Assembly: GCA_028714455.1 (NCBI GenBank)
Contig: JAQTMG010000001.1
Coordinates: 568-64,567, forward strand
Direction: 5' to 3'
Length of the DNA: 64,000 bases
Source of the DNA: Patescibacteria group bacterium
GTDB taxonomy: Bacteria > Patescibacteriota > Patescibacteriia > CAIXNZ01
How positions within the stretch are numbered: position 1 is the first letter of the stretch; each line of letters begins with the position of its first letter. The notes under the pieces were generated by a model. That model did no database searches. It was not told where the DNA came from and worked only from the letters and a program-made list of their open reading frames with translations. Position numbers and translations under genes: made by a program. Positions 40,616 to 49,989 of the stretch are shown here, piece after piece.

Positions 40616-41095
40616 ATGGATGATGAAAATTTTATGGAAGAAGCGCTCAAAGAGGCAAAAGTCGCTTTGAGCGAAGGTAACTGGCCGATAGGCTGTGTTA
40701 TTGTGCTTGATGGTAAAATTATCTCTCGTGCGCATAATCAAGTTTATTCAAAAAAAGATAAGTTGGCTCATGCAGAAATGATCGCGCTCCAGCAGGTCAA
40801 GGAAATTTTACACGAAAATAAAGGTAAAGCGATTTTGTACACAACCTATGAACCATGCCCGATGTGTTTTGGCGCTTCGGTTTTAAACAGGATAAAAAAA
40901 GTTGTTTGCGGAATTGATTTAGATAATAGCGGCGCCATGTATTTTCGAGATAATCTTCCGCTTCTTTTCAAACAAGAAAAATTTTCATTAGAATTTAAGA
41001 CCGGCGTTCTTGCGAAAAAGTGTCATGAAGTTTTTATTCAAGGCGAGCCTACTAAAAAATTAATTGCGAATGATTTAATCAAAAAAGTTTTATGA
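40616..41095 (+). CDS. zinc-dependent nucleoside/tRNA deaminase (TadA-like)
   Basis: PIGCVIV, HAEM, TYEPCPMC. Confidence 0.9.
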   Translation: MDDENFMEEALKEAKVALSEGNWPIGCVIVLDGKIISRAHNQVYSKKDKLAHAEMIALQQVKEILHENKGKAILYTTYEPCPMCFGASVLNRIKKVVCGIDLDNSGAMYFRDNLPLLFKQEKFSLEFKTGVLAKKCHEVFIQGEPTKKLIANDLIKKVL

Positions 41096-42366
41096 ACAAA
41101 AATTCAAATTCAAACGGCCAAAATTTTTCTGGCCTCGGAATCGCACCTGCTTTACTAGATACAATCGCCAGATTAAATTTTAAAACTCCCACACCAATAC
41201 AACGCCAGGCCATCCCAATCGCCTTGCAAGGAAAGGATTTGGTTGGCGTGGCACAGACAGGCACGGGCAAAACCATGGCCTTTGGTCTACCAATGATTCA
41301 GCGCTTGCAACAAGTGAGCGGCCAGGGATTAATTGTTTTACCTACTCGAGAACTAGCAGCCCAAGTTGATGAGGCCTTGCGTAAAGTTGGCGGCAGGGCG
41401 GGCTTACGCACAGCACTCTTAATCGGCGGCGCTTCAATTTATATTCAAATCCAGACGCTTAAACGCCAACCTCACATCATTATTGCCACGCCAGGCCGTC
41501 TCAATGATCATCTTCAGCAAAAAACTCTGTCGCTTAAAAATGTTAAAATTGTTGTCCTTGATGAAGCCGACCGCATGCTGGATATGGGCTTTGCGCCGCA
41601 GATAAAAAAAATCTTTCAAGAACTGCCTGCCCAAAGACAAACCATGCTTTTTTCCGCCACCATTCCGCCGGAAATTATGAAAATGGCCACCAATTACATG
41701 AAACTGCCCATCAGAATAGAAGTCGCGCCAACCGGCTCAATTGCCGAACACTTAACTCAAGAAATTTTTATTATTCCCAAACCCGATAAGACTCGCTTGG
41801 TGGATAAACTTTTACAGCAATATCTTGGCCCCACACTTATTTTTACCAGGACAAAATATGGCGCCAGGAAATTAACACGAGCCATTCGCGACATGGGCCA
41901 TGCGGCAGCCGAGATTCATTCTGACCGCACTCTTTTTCAGCGCAAAGACGCACTGGCTGGATTTAAGTCTGGCAAATATCGTGTTTTAGTCGCCACTGAC
42001 ATTGCTTCGCGCGGCATTGATGTCAGTAATATTGAACTGGTAATTAATTATGATTTACCAACTAATACCGAAGATTATGTTCATCGCATTGGTCGCACAG
42101 CTAGAGCCGGGGTGAGCGGGCATGCTATTTCTTTAGCGACCCCAGACCAGCGCAAAGAATTGCACGCCATTGAACGACTAATCAAAAAAAATATACCAAT
42201 CTCCCCCGTACCAATTCTTCCTCCAGTGCGACAACCTAAATTCAAACCAATCAGCCAGCCAAGTCCTGAAAAATGGGCGCGGCCACAGGGCTCGAATTTC
42301 GCCCGTCCCAGACGCCCATTTCGCCATCAGAGGCAGAGAAATAGACAAAGACAAAATTTTCGATAA
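41092..42366 (+). CDS. DEAD-box RNA helicase
   Basis: Q motif, AQTGTGKT, PTRELA, DEAD, SAT, HRIGRTAR. Confidence 0.97.
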   Translation: MNKNSNSNGQNFSGLGIAPALLDTIARLNFKTPTPIQRQAIPIALQGKDLVGVAQTGTGKTMAFGLPMIQRLQQVSGQGLIVLPTRELAAQVDEALRKVGGRAGLRTALLIGGASIYIQIQTLKRQPHIIIATPGRLNDHLQQKTLSLKNVKIVVLDEADRMLDMGFAPQIKKIFQELPAQRQTMLFSATIPPEIMKMATNYMKLPIRIEVAPTGSIAEHLTQEIFIIPKPDKTRLVDKLLQQYLGPTLIFTRTKYGARKLTRAIRDMGHAAAEIHSDRTLFQRKDALAGFKSGKYRVLVATDIASRGIDVSNIELVINYDLPTNTEDYVHRIGRTARAGVSGHAISLATPDQRKELHAIERLIKKNIPISPVPILPPVRQPKFKPISQPSPEKWARPQGSNFARPRRPFRHQRQRNRQRQNFR

Positions 42367-42381
42367 ATAAAATTAAAATTT

Positions 42382-43227
42382 ATGTCCAAACCAGAAAAAA
42401 TTAAATCAGCACTAAATCAGCCCGAGGGCCTGGAAATGTATTTTGCGCCTGAAGTGGCGAAAAAGTTTGCCGAATTGGAACAAAATGAAAAAAATTTCAG
42501 AGTCGCGCAAATCGTAGACAAAATCTTGATGACAGAAACTGCTGAAATGAAGAATCCTCTTCGTGCCGTTGAGCTTGGCGCCGGCGCCCATCCTGACAGA
42601 TATGATGAATTTTTCAAAAAATTACTTTCAGAACCAAAAGGCCAAATTGATTGGGTTGATGTCTCCCCCCATATGCTAGACCTGGCTAAAAAATATATTG
42701 GTAATGAAAAATACAAAGATAGAAATGAAGTGGTTAAATTTATTCAGAGTGATGTCTTTGAGTATCTGCGCAATTTGAAAGACGATGAACTTGACCTGGC
42801 GATTATAAAATATACTCTGGATTATCTCAAAGATCTTAAATCGTTATTTGAACTATTGGCTAAAAAATTAAAACAAGGCGGCAAGCTCGTGGCCACGGTC
42901 GGTAAACTAAATCCTGAACTTAAAAGTTTCTCAACCAATGCCAGATATTTATATAATGGCAGACAATTTCCAGATGACGAGATGCGGATTCTAAAAGACG
43001 GCGATACTTACACAGTCAAATTTTTTAAAGTCTCGGGCGACCCAAAATCAGGTTATCTGGAAGGCGCCGAAGCACTTGAATATTTTCACTCGGCAGAAAA
43101 AATAAAAGAATATGCTGAAAATGCGGGTCTTGAAATATTTCTTGGAGATTGGAAGGATTTTGTCGATAAAAATAAACAGGGCAGTGAAAAAATGGATCAA
43201 GATATATTGGTGCTGACGAAAAAATAA
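42382..43227 (+). CDS. class I SAM-dependent methyltransferase
   Basis: AVELGAGA, WVDVSPHMLDLA, LKQGGKLV. Confidence 0.8.
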   Translation: MSKPEKIKSALNQPEGLEMYFAPEVAKKFAELEQNEKNFRVAQIVDKILMTETAEMKNPLRAVELGAGAHPDRYDEFFKKLLSEPKGQIDWVDVSPHMLDLAKKYIGNEKYKDRNEVVKFIQSDVFEYLRNLKDDELDLAIIKYTLDYLKDLKSLFELLAKKLKQGGKLVATVGKLNPELKSFSTNARYLYNGRQFPDDEMRILKDGDTYTVKFFKVSGDPKSGYLEGAEALEYFHSAEKIKEYAENAGLEIFLGDWKDFVDKNKQGSEKMDQDILVLTKK

Positions 43228-43228
43228 A

Positions 43229-43408
43229 AAGGGCTTTTAAACAAGCCCTCAATTATCAGTGGCGTGGACCCATATATCTCCAGGTCTGGAATGAACCTTT
43301 GGAGAAACGGCGCTAGCGTAAATAACCAGATGGTTAATTTATCTTTGCGCCAACCCTGTCTTATGACGGGCGCCGACATTCCTTGCTATGGAATCTAAAC
43401 CACTGACA
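43229..43408 (-). ncRNA. candidate structured ncRNA (~150-180 nt)
   Basis: TTGACA-17-TAAGTT promoter (43442-43414), closing stem TCAGTGG/CCACTGA, four internal hairpins, terminator AGGGCTT/AAGCCCT-T5. Confidence 0.5.
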
Positions 43409-43484
43409 AAATTAACTTACCAAAGACTCATTAAACTGTCAAGAATAAAAAAGTCCTTTGATATTATCGCGGGACTTGGGCGGC

Positions 43485-43628
43485 TTAGGGCCGATAGAGA
43501 CCGGCCGTGAGCAAATAGGTATAATCGCACAGAACGGACTGCCACAGCGGCCTTGGCCAATGAGACCCGAAAGAGGTTATTGATGGAGCCGTCGCAAAAC
43601 CCTTGAACCGTTGCCACAGTTTTTTCAT
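43485..43628 (-). CDS. small hypothetical protein (47 aa)
   Basis: AAGGAGG SD; MKKLWQRFKGFATAPSITSFGSHWPRPLWQSVLCDYTYLLTAGLYRP; own promoter and terminator. Confidence 0.55.
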   Translation of the reverse strand: MKKLWQRFKGFATAPSITSFGSHWPRPLWQSVLCDYTYLLTAGLYRP

Positions 43629-43835
43629 GAAAAGTCCTCCTTTACTTTGTTGATGTTAATATATTGAAATTAATTCGATAAGTCAAGCTTGACTTTTGTT
43701 ATATTTTAGCTTATTATAATAGTAATCCCGAAAGGGATTTTGTTTTTTGAGAATAGGTATTAGGTAATAGTTATTAGGAAATGGAATAAATTTCTTATCG
43801 CCAATACCTATTGCCAAATACCCAATATCCAGCAC

Positions 43836-43986
43836 ACCGCCTTCGTCCCGAACTATATCTCGCTTTGCTCAATAAGTTCGGGATAAATCTAATGGTTAGC
43901 CATAGTCCGCCGAAGCACGAAGTGCGAAGGCGGAGACACCGCGCTTTTCCGCCAGAGGCGGACCCGCCTACGGCGGGCAATGCGGT
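43836..43986 (+). pseudogene. 5' part of tRNA-Glu split by three hairpin insertions
   Basis: Removing the inserts gives 42/44 identity to the first 44 nt of tRNA-Glu at 44258. Confidence 0.85.
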
Positions 43987-43995
43987 TAAATAAAT

Positions 43996-44250
43996 ATGTA
44001 TTATTTATATATTTTAAAAAGTTTAAAAGACGAAGGATATTATATTGGAATTACAGATAGCACCCTAGATCGACTCAAGGAACATAATCAGGGCAAGGTA
44101 AGATCGACAAAAAGTCGCAGACCATTTATCCTAAAATATTCTGAAAATTATAATACAAAAACTGAAGCAAGAGAAAGAGAGATTCAGCTGAAAAGAAACT
44201 GCAAAATCCGCAAAGAACTTTTACTAAAACTGAAATTTAGTGTTAAATAA
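43996..44250 (+). CDS. small GIY-YIG nuclease
   Basis: YYLYILKS...YYIGIT....RLKEHNQG....T..RRP......E......A..RE..LK. Confidence 0.93.
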   Translation: MYYLYILKSLKDEGYYIGITDSTLDRLKEHNQGKVRSTKSRRPFILKYSENYNTKTEAREREIQLKRNCKIRKELLLKLKFSVK

Positions 44251-44257
44251 ATATCAC

Positions 44258-44329
44258 GCCGCCATCGTCTAATGGTTAGGACACCGCGCTTTCAATGCGG
44301 TAATCGGGGTTCGATTCCCCGTGGCGGTA
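44258..44329 (+). tRNA. tRNA-Glu(TTC)
   Basis: Cloverleaf, CCGCG-CTTTCAA-TGCGG, GGTTCGATTCC. Confidence 0.95.
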
Positions 44330-44578
44330 CTTGTCCACAGTTGTCATTCTTTCAGTTGAATTTTTCCCCCGAAAAATTCTAACATCATTTGCCAGGCAGT
44401 ACTATTAAAAACCCCGCGACTATCTCGCGGGTTTTTTATTCTTGACAAAATTAAAAAATTTTGTTAAAATAATCTATCGTTCATTGATAAAAAAGACTGT
44501 TTAAACAGTTTTAATAAATATAAATAAAAGATTTTGTGATGGGTGCCAAAACGCATTCCTAGCCATAAGGAGGAACTG

Positions 44579-46933
44579 ATGCTGAATTTAACTGCCAAAT
44601 CCGAAGGTAACAGACCGCCCTTACCTATTGCCGATTTCAGACAAAAAATAATTCGGACCGTTACCGAAAATCAAGTCACGATCATTACGGCCGAGACAGG
44701 CGCCGGCAAAAGCACGCAAGTACCCCAATATCTGTTAAGCCAGGGTCTTTCAGTAATCATCACCCAGCCACGGCGCATAGCCGCACGCACTATTTCCGCC
44801 CGAGTAGCCCAAGAATACGGCTGCGAACTCGGCACGGTCATCGGCTACCGCACCGCCTTTGAGCGACGCGATTCGCCGGAGACCAGATGTCTCTTTTGTA
44901 CTGATGGCCTAGAACTCGTGCGCGAACTCCACTATTCCAGACTGCCCGATGTTCTGATTATTGATGAGGTGCACGAGTGGAATCTCAACATCGAGACGCT
45001 GGCGGCCTGGTCAAAGAAGCAACTGGCTGAAAATCCCGGCTTCAGGGTCGTGATTATGAGCGCGACGCTTGAAGCGAAACGACTCTCGGAATTCTTTAAC
45101 AACGCCCCAGTCATCTCCGTGCCTGGCGTGCTCTACCCGATTGAGGTTAGATTGCCCAAATTTGGCGACCTAATCGGCGAGATAGCCGATCTGGCCGGAG
45201 AAAAACGCAACGTGCTGGTCTTTCTACCCGGCAAGCAAGAAATTCGCAAAATGATCGAGGAGCTCGAGCAGCTGAATCTTGAGGCAATTATTCTGCCCTT
45301 GCACGGCGAATTGGAGCCGGACGAACAGGACAAAGTATTCAAAAAATATCCCTTGCCTAAAATTGTCGTCGCCACTAACGTGGCTCAAACCAGCCTCACT
45401 ATTGAGGACGTCGACGCAGTCGTTGATTCTGGGCTTGAGCGACGTATCGAAACAAGGGACGGCATTGAGGGCCTCTATTTAAGAAGGACTTCCGAAGCCG
45501 ACGATACCCAGAGAAAGGGTCGCGCCGGCCGCTGTCGCCCTGGCATCTACATCAACTGCTACGACGGCCAAGATGAACAGCTTGAATTCCCAAAGGCGGA
45601 AATACAACGCGTCCGACTTGATCAGATGGTTTTGCGTCTGGCCATCATCGGCTTTGACGCAACCGAGCTGGAATTTTTTCACCAGCCGAAAAAAGCCATG
45701 CTGCTTGAAGCCAAAAAGTGTCTACACGCACTAGGTGCGATTGACGCAAACGAGAAAGTAACGCGCATCGGCCGAGAAATGGCTCATCTACCAGTCTCGG
45801 TCAATTTCGCGCGCATGATCATCGAAGCCGTCAACCTGAACGTGGTCGGCCCGGTGATTACCATTGCCGCCTGTCTCGAAGTTGACGGCATCACCGACAG
45901 CAAAAAGTTGGCCCTCTGGCAATCGCTCACCGAAGAAAATGAATCAGATTTACTCGCGCAACTTGATGTCTATAACAAAGCCATCAATTTCAGCGACAAA
46001 GAAGAACTGGCAGCCAGAGGCATTCGCGTGAAATCGTTTTATCGAGCCATAGAGATTCGCAGAAAGCTTTGCGAGACTCTAATTAACATGGCCAGGGGCA
46101 AAAGGATCTTTATTGATTTCAACTCTCCCGGCGACAAGCAAAAAATCTTGAACGCCTGCATCCCTGGACTGGTCGACCACCTCTATCGGATCAACGACTA
46201 TGGCCTGTGCAAAAACGGCGATCAGATAAATAGAGTTCTTAACCGAAATTCAGTGCTTGGCGGAAAAGGGGGCTGGATCGTCGGTCTTCCTCTGGACCTA
46301 GAAACCAGAAACAGGGACGGCATCGTGACCAAAAATCTGGTTACCATGGCCACCCGAGTTGATCCTTCGGTTCTGGCTGACCTGGCTCCGCACCTTTTCA
46401 GCGTCAGAAAGGAGATTTGTCTTTCGCCTTACGGAGGATTTTTGGTAATCGAACACTTAAACTTCGGCTCCCAAGAATTACCGCCAAGGGAAAAGCAAAT
46501 TTTTGACTGGAACGAACTAATAAGAGAACATCTGCCCGCGGACATGACGGCAGAGCAGCTAAAGAACCAATTCATCAGAGAACAACTAGAATCGGAAAAC
46601 TACTTTAGAACACGCCGTTTTGAAGAAAGACCGATTCAAGAAACCTTGGACATAATCAAGCCATTTGAATTTGGCAGGGATCCCACAACCGGCGAAGCGC
46701 TTAAGGCGTTTCCTGGCTTTGCGAGAAAATTCGATTCCGCCGTTTATTATGAATTGAAATATTATTTATCAAAAGAAGAGGCGGACAAATCTACTGCCGA
46801 AGCGCTTGGTTCCGGCAAATGGACCAAAAAGGATAAACGCTGGTGGGAATGTCCGGATGGACACACCACCAGAGCGTCCAAAAACGCCCCCGAAGTCGTC
46901 TGCGATACCTGCAGAGCACGACACAAGATCTAA
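44579..46933 (+). CDS. HrpA/HrpB-like DEAH-box helicase with C-terminal putative Zn ribbon
   Basis: AETGAGKST, TQPRR, DEVH, MSAT, QRKGRAGR; C-terminal CPDGH...CDTC; AAGGAGG SD. Confidence 0.9.
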   Translation: MLNLTAKSEGNRPPLPIADFRQKIIRTVTENQVTIITAETGAGKSTQVPQYLLSQGLSVIITQPRRIAARTISARVAQEYGCELGTVIGYRTAFERRDSPETRCLFCTDGLELVRELHYSRLPDVLIIDEVHEWNLNIETLAAWSKKQLAENPGFRVVIMSATLEAKRLSEFFNNAPVISVPGVLYPIEVRLPKFGDLIGEIADLAGEKRNVLVFLPGKQEIRKMIEELEQLNLEAIILPLHGELEPDEQDKVFKKYPLPKIVVATNVAQTSLTIEDVDAVVDSGLERRIETRDGIEGLYLRRTSEADDTQRKGRAGRCRPGIYINCYDGQDEQLEFPKAEIQRVRLDQMVLRLAIIGFDATELEFFHQPKKAMLLEAKKCLHALGAIDANEKVTRIGREMAHLPVSVNFARMIIEAVNLNVVGPVITIAACLEVDGITDSKKLALWQSLTEENESDLLAQLDVYNKAINFSDKEELAARGIRVKSFYRAIEIRRKLCETLINMARGKRIFIDFNSPGDKQKILNACIPGLVDHLYRINDYGLCKNGDQINRVLNRNSVLGGKGGWIVGLPLDLETRNRDGIVTKNLVTMATRVDPSVLADLAPHLFSVRKEICLSPYGGFLVIEHLNFGSQELPPREKQIFDWNELIREHLPADMTAEQLKNQFIREQLESENYFRTRRFEERPIQETLDIIKPFEFGRDPTTGEALKAFPGFARKFDSAVYYELKYYLSKEEADKSTAEALGSGKWTKKDKRWWECPDGHTTRASKNAPEVVCDTCRARHKI

Positions 46934-47123
46934 AACAAGGCCCCACCTGGTTTAAATGACTGGGTGGGGCCTTTTACTATCAATATTGGCCAAATCGCTA
47001 AAATTTTGTTAATATTTCATTTATTTACAAAAGCCTGTCAGTAAAAAGCTGGCAGGCTTTTAATATTGACAATATCGTTAAAATGTGCTATAATCGAAGT
47101 TCTAGAATTAATAAATTGAATTT

Positions 47124-47618
47124 ATGACGCTTAACACAATATTAGTAAAATTAGCCAAAATCAGCCAAAAATTTATTGAAAAATCTGTTTTAATCGCACT
47201 TATTTTTGCTATATTATGGCAGTTTGCCCTCCCGAGATTAACATCTTTGGCCGCTTTTAGTCAGGCCGAAGCAGCCAATCAGCAGATTCAGGGCTTAATC
47301 GCCGAGCTAGGCAAACCAAGGGTAGTTACTGTGCCTGTGACGGCTTACAATAGCTTGCCAAACCAGACAGACAGCACCCCGTGTGAAACCGCCAACGGCT
47401 TTGATCTCTGTGAAAATAACAGACAAAACGTCATCGCCGCCAACTTCTTGCCTTTTGGCACAAAAGTCAGATTTCCCGATTACGACCCAAATACCATCTA
47501 TACTGTTCAGGACAGAATGAACGCGCGCTACGCTTATCGCGCCGATATCTGGATGAAGACTAAGGGCGAGGCATTTACCTTTGGCTTTCGCAATCTGAAA
47601 ATGGAAATTTACGAATAA
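47124..47618 (+). CDS. 3D-domain cell-wall protein
   Basis: VTAYNS...QTDSTPC.TANG, AANFLPFGTKV, V.DRM, DIW. Confidence 0.85.
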   Translation: MTLNTILVKLAKISQKFIEKSVLIALIFAILWQFALPRLTSLAAFSQAEAANQQIQGLIAELGKPRVVTVPVTAYNSLPNQTDSTPCETANGFDLCENNRQNVIAANFLPFGTKVRFPDYDPNTIYTVQDRMNARYAYRADIWMKTKGEAFTFGFRNLKMEIYE

Positions 47619-47669
47619 AGATAATCACAGGACCGCTCTTTCCGAGGGCGGTTTTGTGTTATAATGTAA

Positions 47670-48185
47670 TTGATGATAAAGATAAATCAAACGGCTCTTG
47701 TCTATCTTTTATCTAAAAATCTTAAAGTTAAAAGACCATTATTTATTTTCGTTGCAATTTACATTGCAATTTTTTGTTGCCCGTTTGTGACTACTCACGC
47801 TGACTACTTTCCGACCTCTGAAAGCGACCTGACCAGGATCCAAAAAGAAGTCTCTTTTTCACTAAAACAAACGCCAGAAATTAAAAAAGTTTTTGTCACG
47901 GCCTATTCCAGCACCGTGGGTGAGACAGACGACACGCCCTGCATTAGCGCTAACGGTTATGATTTATGCAAGCATAATTCTGAAAATGTGGTCGCCTGTA
48001 ATTTCTTGCCCTTTGGCGCTAAAGTCATCTTTCCGCAACTTGATCCAAACAAATATTACACCGTTGTCGACCGCATGCAAAATATATTTGACGACAGAAT
48101 TGATATCTGGAAAAAAACGCATAAAGACGCGGAAAAATTTGGTATCAAATATTTAAAAGTTGAAATTTACAGAGACAATCAATGA
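47670..48185 (+). CDS. 3D-domain cell-wall protein (tandem paralog)
   Basis: VTAYSS...ETDDTPCISANG, ACNFLPFGAKV, DRM, IDIW. Confidence 0.85.
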   Translation: MMIKINQTALVYLLSKNLKVKRPLFIFVAIYIAIFCCPFVTTHADYFPTSESDLTRIQKEVSFSLKQTPEIKKVFVTAYSSTVGETDDTPCISANGYDLCKHNSENVVACNFLPFGAKVIFPQLDPNKYYTVVDRMQNIFDDRIDIWKKTHKDAEKFGIKYLKVEIYRDNQ

Positions 48186-48925
48186 AACTGCGCTACAAAA
48201 GTAAAGCGTTTTTAAAGGGACTGATTGTTTTTATCGCTGTTTCCTTTTTTATGCTCTCACAGATTGTTTCTGTGATTTTTTATAATAAGCCGGCGCAAAG
48301 CTTACTGGTGGATTTTGTCCTGGCGATAATCGGCTCGATAATCATCGCCGAGATTGTCTTGAATCTGATTGGCAAGAAAGAAAAACAACTGGACAAAGAA
48401 GTTGAGCAACTGATTGACGCCTACCAATACATCGGCAACGTCAATCGTAAGATTGATTCCCTGCTAGAGATGGACATCTCCTATCTGGATCACTCAAAAA
48501 ATCACTCAAAAAATGAAACGGCCATGGATATTTTTCGCCGTCTAGCCTCTTTGCTCTCGCCAGAGTATGGCTGTCTTAATCTCACCGAGCCATTCAATCT
48601 AAAATATTGCATCGGTACAAAAAATAATAATGAGTTGGGCCGACCCGTTGAGATTTTAAAAAACGTTAATGGTTCGACTTTCAAATATAGCGAGAGAACC
48701 GAAGACCAGGAATATTTTAAAGAGCAATTCGGAGATAATGTTTTAAAAAAATATTCCTTTCTGATTAAACCAGTCTACATGCATGACAAAGATATCGGTT
48801 TTATGTTTTTAATTTTTCGCAAAAATCAGCGCCTAGAAGAAAGGGACTTCAATATTATCAAAATCTTCTCCTTCTACATCGCGCTCAACTACACCTTCAA
48901 GCCCGATTTCTCCATGCTTAAATAA
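48182..48925 (+). CDS. membrane protein with possible GAF-like C-terminal domain
   Basis: Two TMs, coiled coil, FLIKPVYMHDKDIGFMFL. Confidence 0.7.
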   Translation: MKLRYKSKAFLKGLIVFIAVSFFMLSQIVSVIFYNKPAQSLLVDFVLAIIGSIIIAEIVLNLIGKKEKQLDKEVEQLIDAYQYIGNVNRKIDSLLEMDISYLDHSKNHSKNETAMDIFRRLASLLSPEYGCLNLTEPFNLKYCIGTKNNNELGRPVEILKNVNGSTFKYSERTEDQEYFKEQFGDNVLKKYSFLIKPVYMHDKDIGFMFLIFRKNQRLEERDFNIIKIFSFYIALNYTFKPDFSMLK

Positions 48926-49100
48926 CTTGAATTTTTAAAAAAATTAAGCTAAAATAAAGAAAACTTACCATTGGTAAGTTTTTCTATTGCAACATTGGGT
49001 TCGGCTTGAAAGCCCAGCCTAAGTAAGCATCGCACTGATCGTATTTTTAGCATAATCTAATTTTCACGAAATGAAGCATGAATACATAAACTTGCAACTG

Positions 49101-49146
49101 GGCCACTTAGCCAAGCAGTAAGGCAAGGATCTGTCTGCCTACGCAA
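49101..49146 (+). pseudogene. 5' tRNA-Cys-like fragment
   Basis: GGCCACTTAGCCAAGCAGTAAGGCAAGGATCTG|TCTGCCTACG|CAA versus intact GGCCTGATAGCCAAGTGGTAAGGCGAGGGTCTGCAA. Confidence 0.7.
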
Positions 49147-49153
49147 TTTCTGC

Positions 49154-49225
49154 GGCCTGATAGCCAAGTGGTAAGGCGAGGGTCTGCAAAACCCTTATTC
49201 GTGGGTTCGATTCCCACTCAGGCCT
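49154..49225 (+). tRNA. tRNA-Cys(GCA)
   Basis: GGCCTGA/TCAGGCC stem, U discriminator, AGGGT-CTGCAAA-ACCCT. Confidence 0.95.
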
Positions 49226-49227
49226 AA

Positions 49228-49274
49228 TTCAATTCCTTGCCCAGCACCTCTTTGGTGCTAGGCCATAGTGGCCT
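49228..49274 (+). pseudogene. 3' tRNA fragment with hairpin insertion
   Basis: TTCAATTCC..[GCCCAGCACCTCTTTGGTGCTAGGC]..AGTGGCC-T; AGTGGCC pairs with GGCCACT at 49101. Confidence 0.65.
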
Positions 49275-49344
49275 CAAGAAAGCCCCGCGGTGCGGGGTTT
49301 TTTGATGGTAAATTAACCAAAAAAGTGATAAAATTAAGAAAAAC

Positions 49345-49989
49345 ATGGCTAAAACAAATCCAAACATTACAACCATTTACTTTGTCAGGCACGCCAAAAC
49401 CAATAACCCGCACCGTATCGTTAAGGGCTGGTTGCCTGGCTTTAAATTGACCAGCATAGGCAAAAAAGAAGTCGCCAGGCTGGCTAATTATCTACGGAAT
49501 AAACCCATTAAATATATTTTCTGCAGCCCGCTTCTTCGAGCCAAACAAACCGCGCAAGTCATTCATAAAAGTTTACCGAACGCAAAATTGATTCCAGATA
49601 AGCGACTAATAGAATGGCTGACTGCCTGGCAAGGCAAGACAATCAAACAAGTTCAAGCCGACCCAAAAATGCAGTGGTCAGTATATTATTCTAACCCTTT
49701 AAAATTCTGGACTGGCCAAGGTCAGACGGCCCAACAAATAGTTAAGAATCTGCTTTCATTCACAAAAATGACAATCAAAAAATATCCTAACCAGGAAATC
49801 GTCGCCGTCTCCCACGGCGACCCGATTAAACTGTTGCGCTGTTATTTAGAGACTGGGAAAATAAGTAAAAAATTCGTTGGCTATAAATGCAGCCAACCTT
49901 CAATCACGGCCTTTATTTTTAATAATGGAAAATATAAAAAAACGCTTTACAAAAGTTATATCAAAAATCAACCTTATTTCACCCAATAA
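49345..49989 (+). CDS. histidine phosphatase family protein
   Basis: YFVRHA, CSPLLRAKQTA, VSHGDPI. Confidence 0.92.
   Translation: MAKTNPNITTIYFVRHAKTNNPHRIVKGWLPGFKLTSIGKKEVARLANYLRNKPIKYIFCSPLLRAKQTAQVIHKSLPNAKLIPDKRLIEWLTAWQGKTIKQVQADPKMQWSVYYSNPLKFWTGQGQTAQQIVKNLLSFTKMTIKKYPNQEIVAVSHGDPIKLLRCYLETGKISKKFVGYKCSQPSITAFIFNNGKYKKTLYKSYIKNQPYFTQ

Noticed and set aside
43848-43977. Self-splicing or tRNA introns
   Set aside because: The inserts are only 30-42 nt hairpins without group I/II cores, and the host copy lacks a T arm and 3' acceptor strand.
43795-43993. 60-61 aa ORFs on both strands
   Set aside because: They arise from GC-rich palindromic inserts in the tRNA-Glu pseudo-copy.
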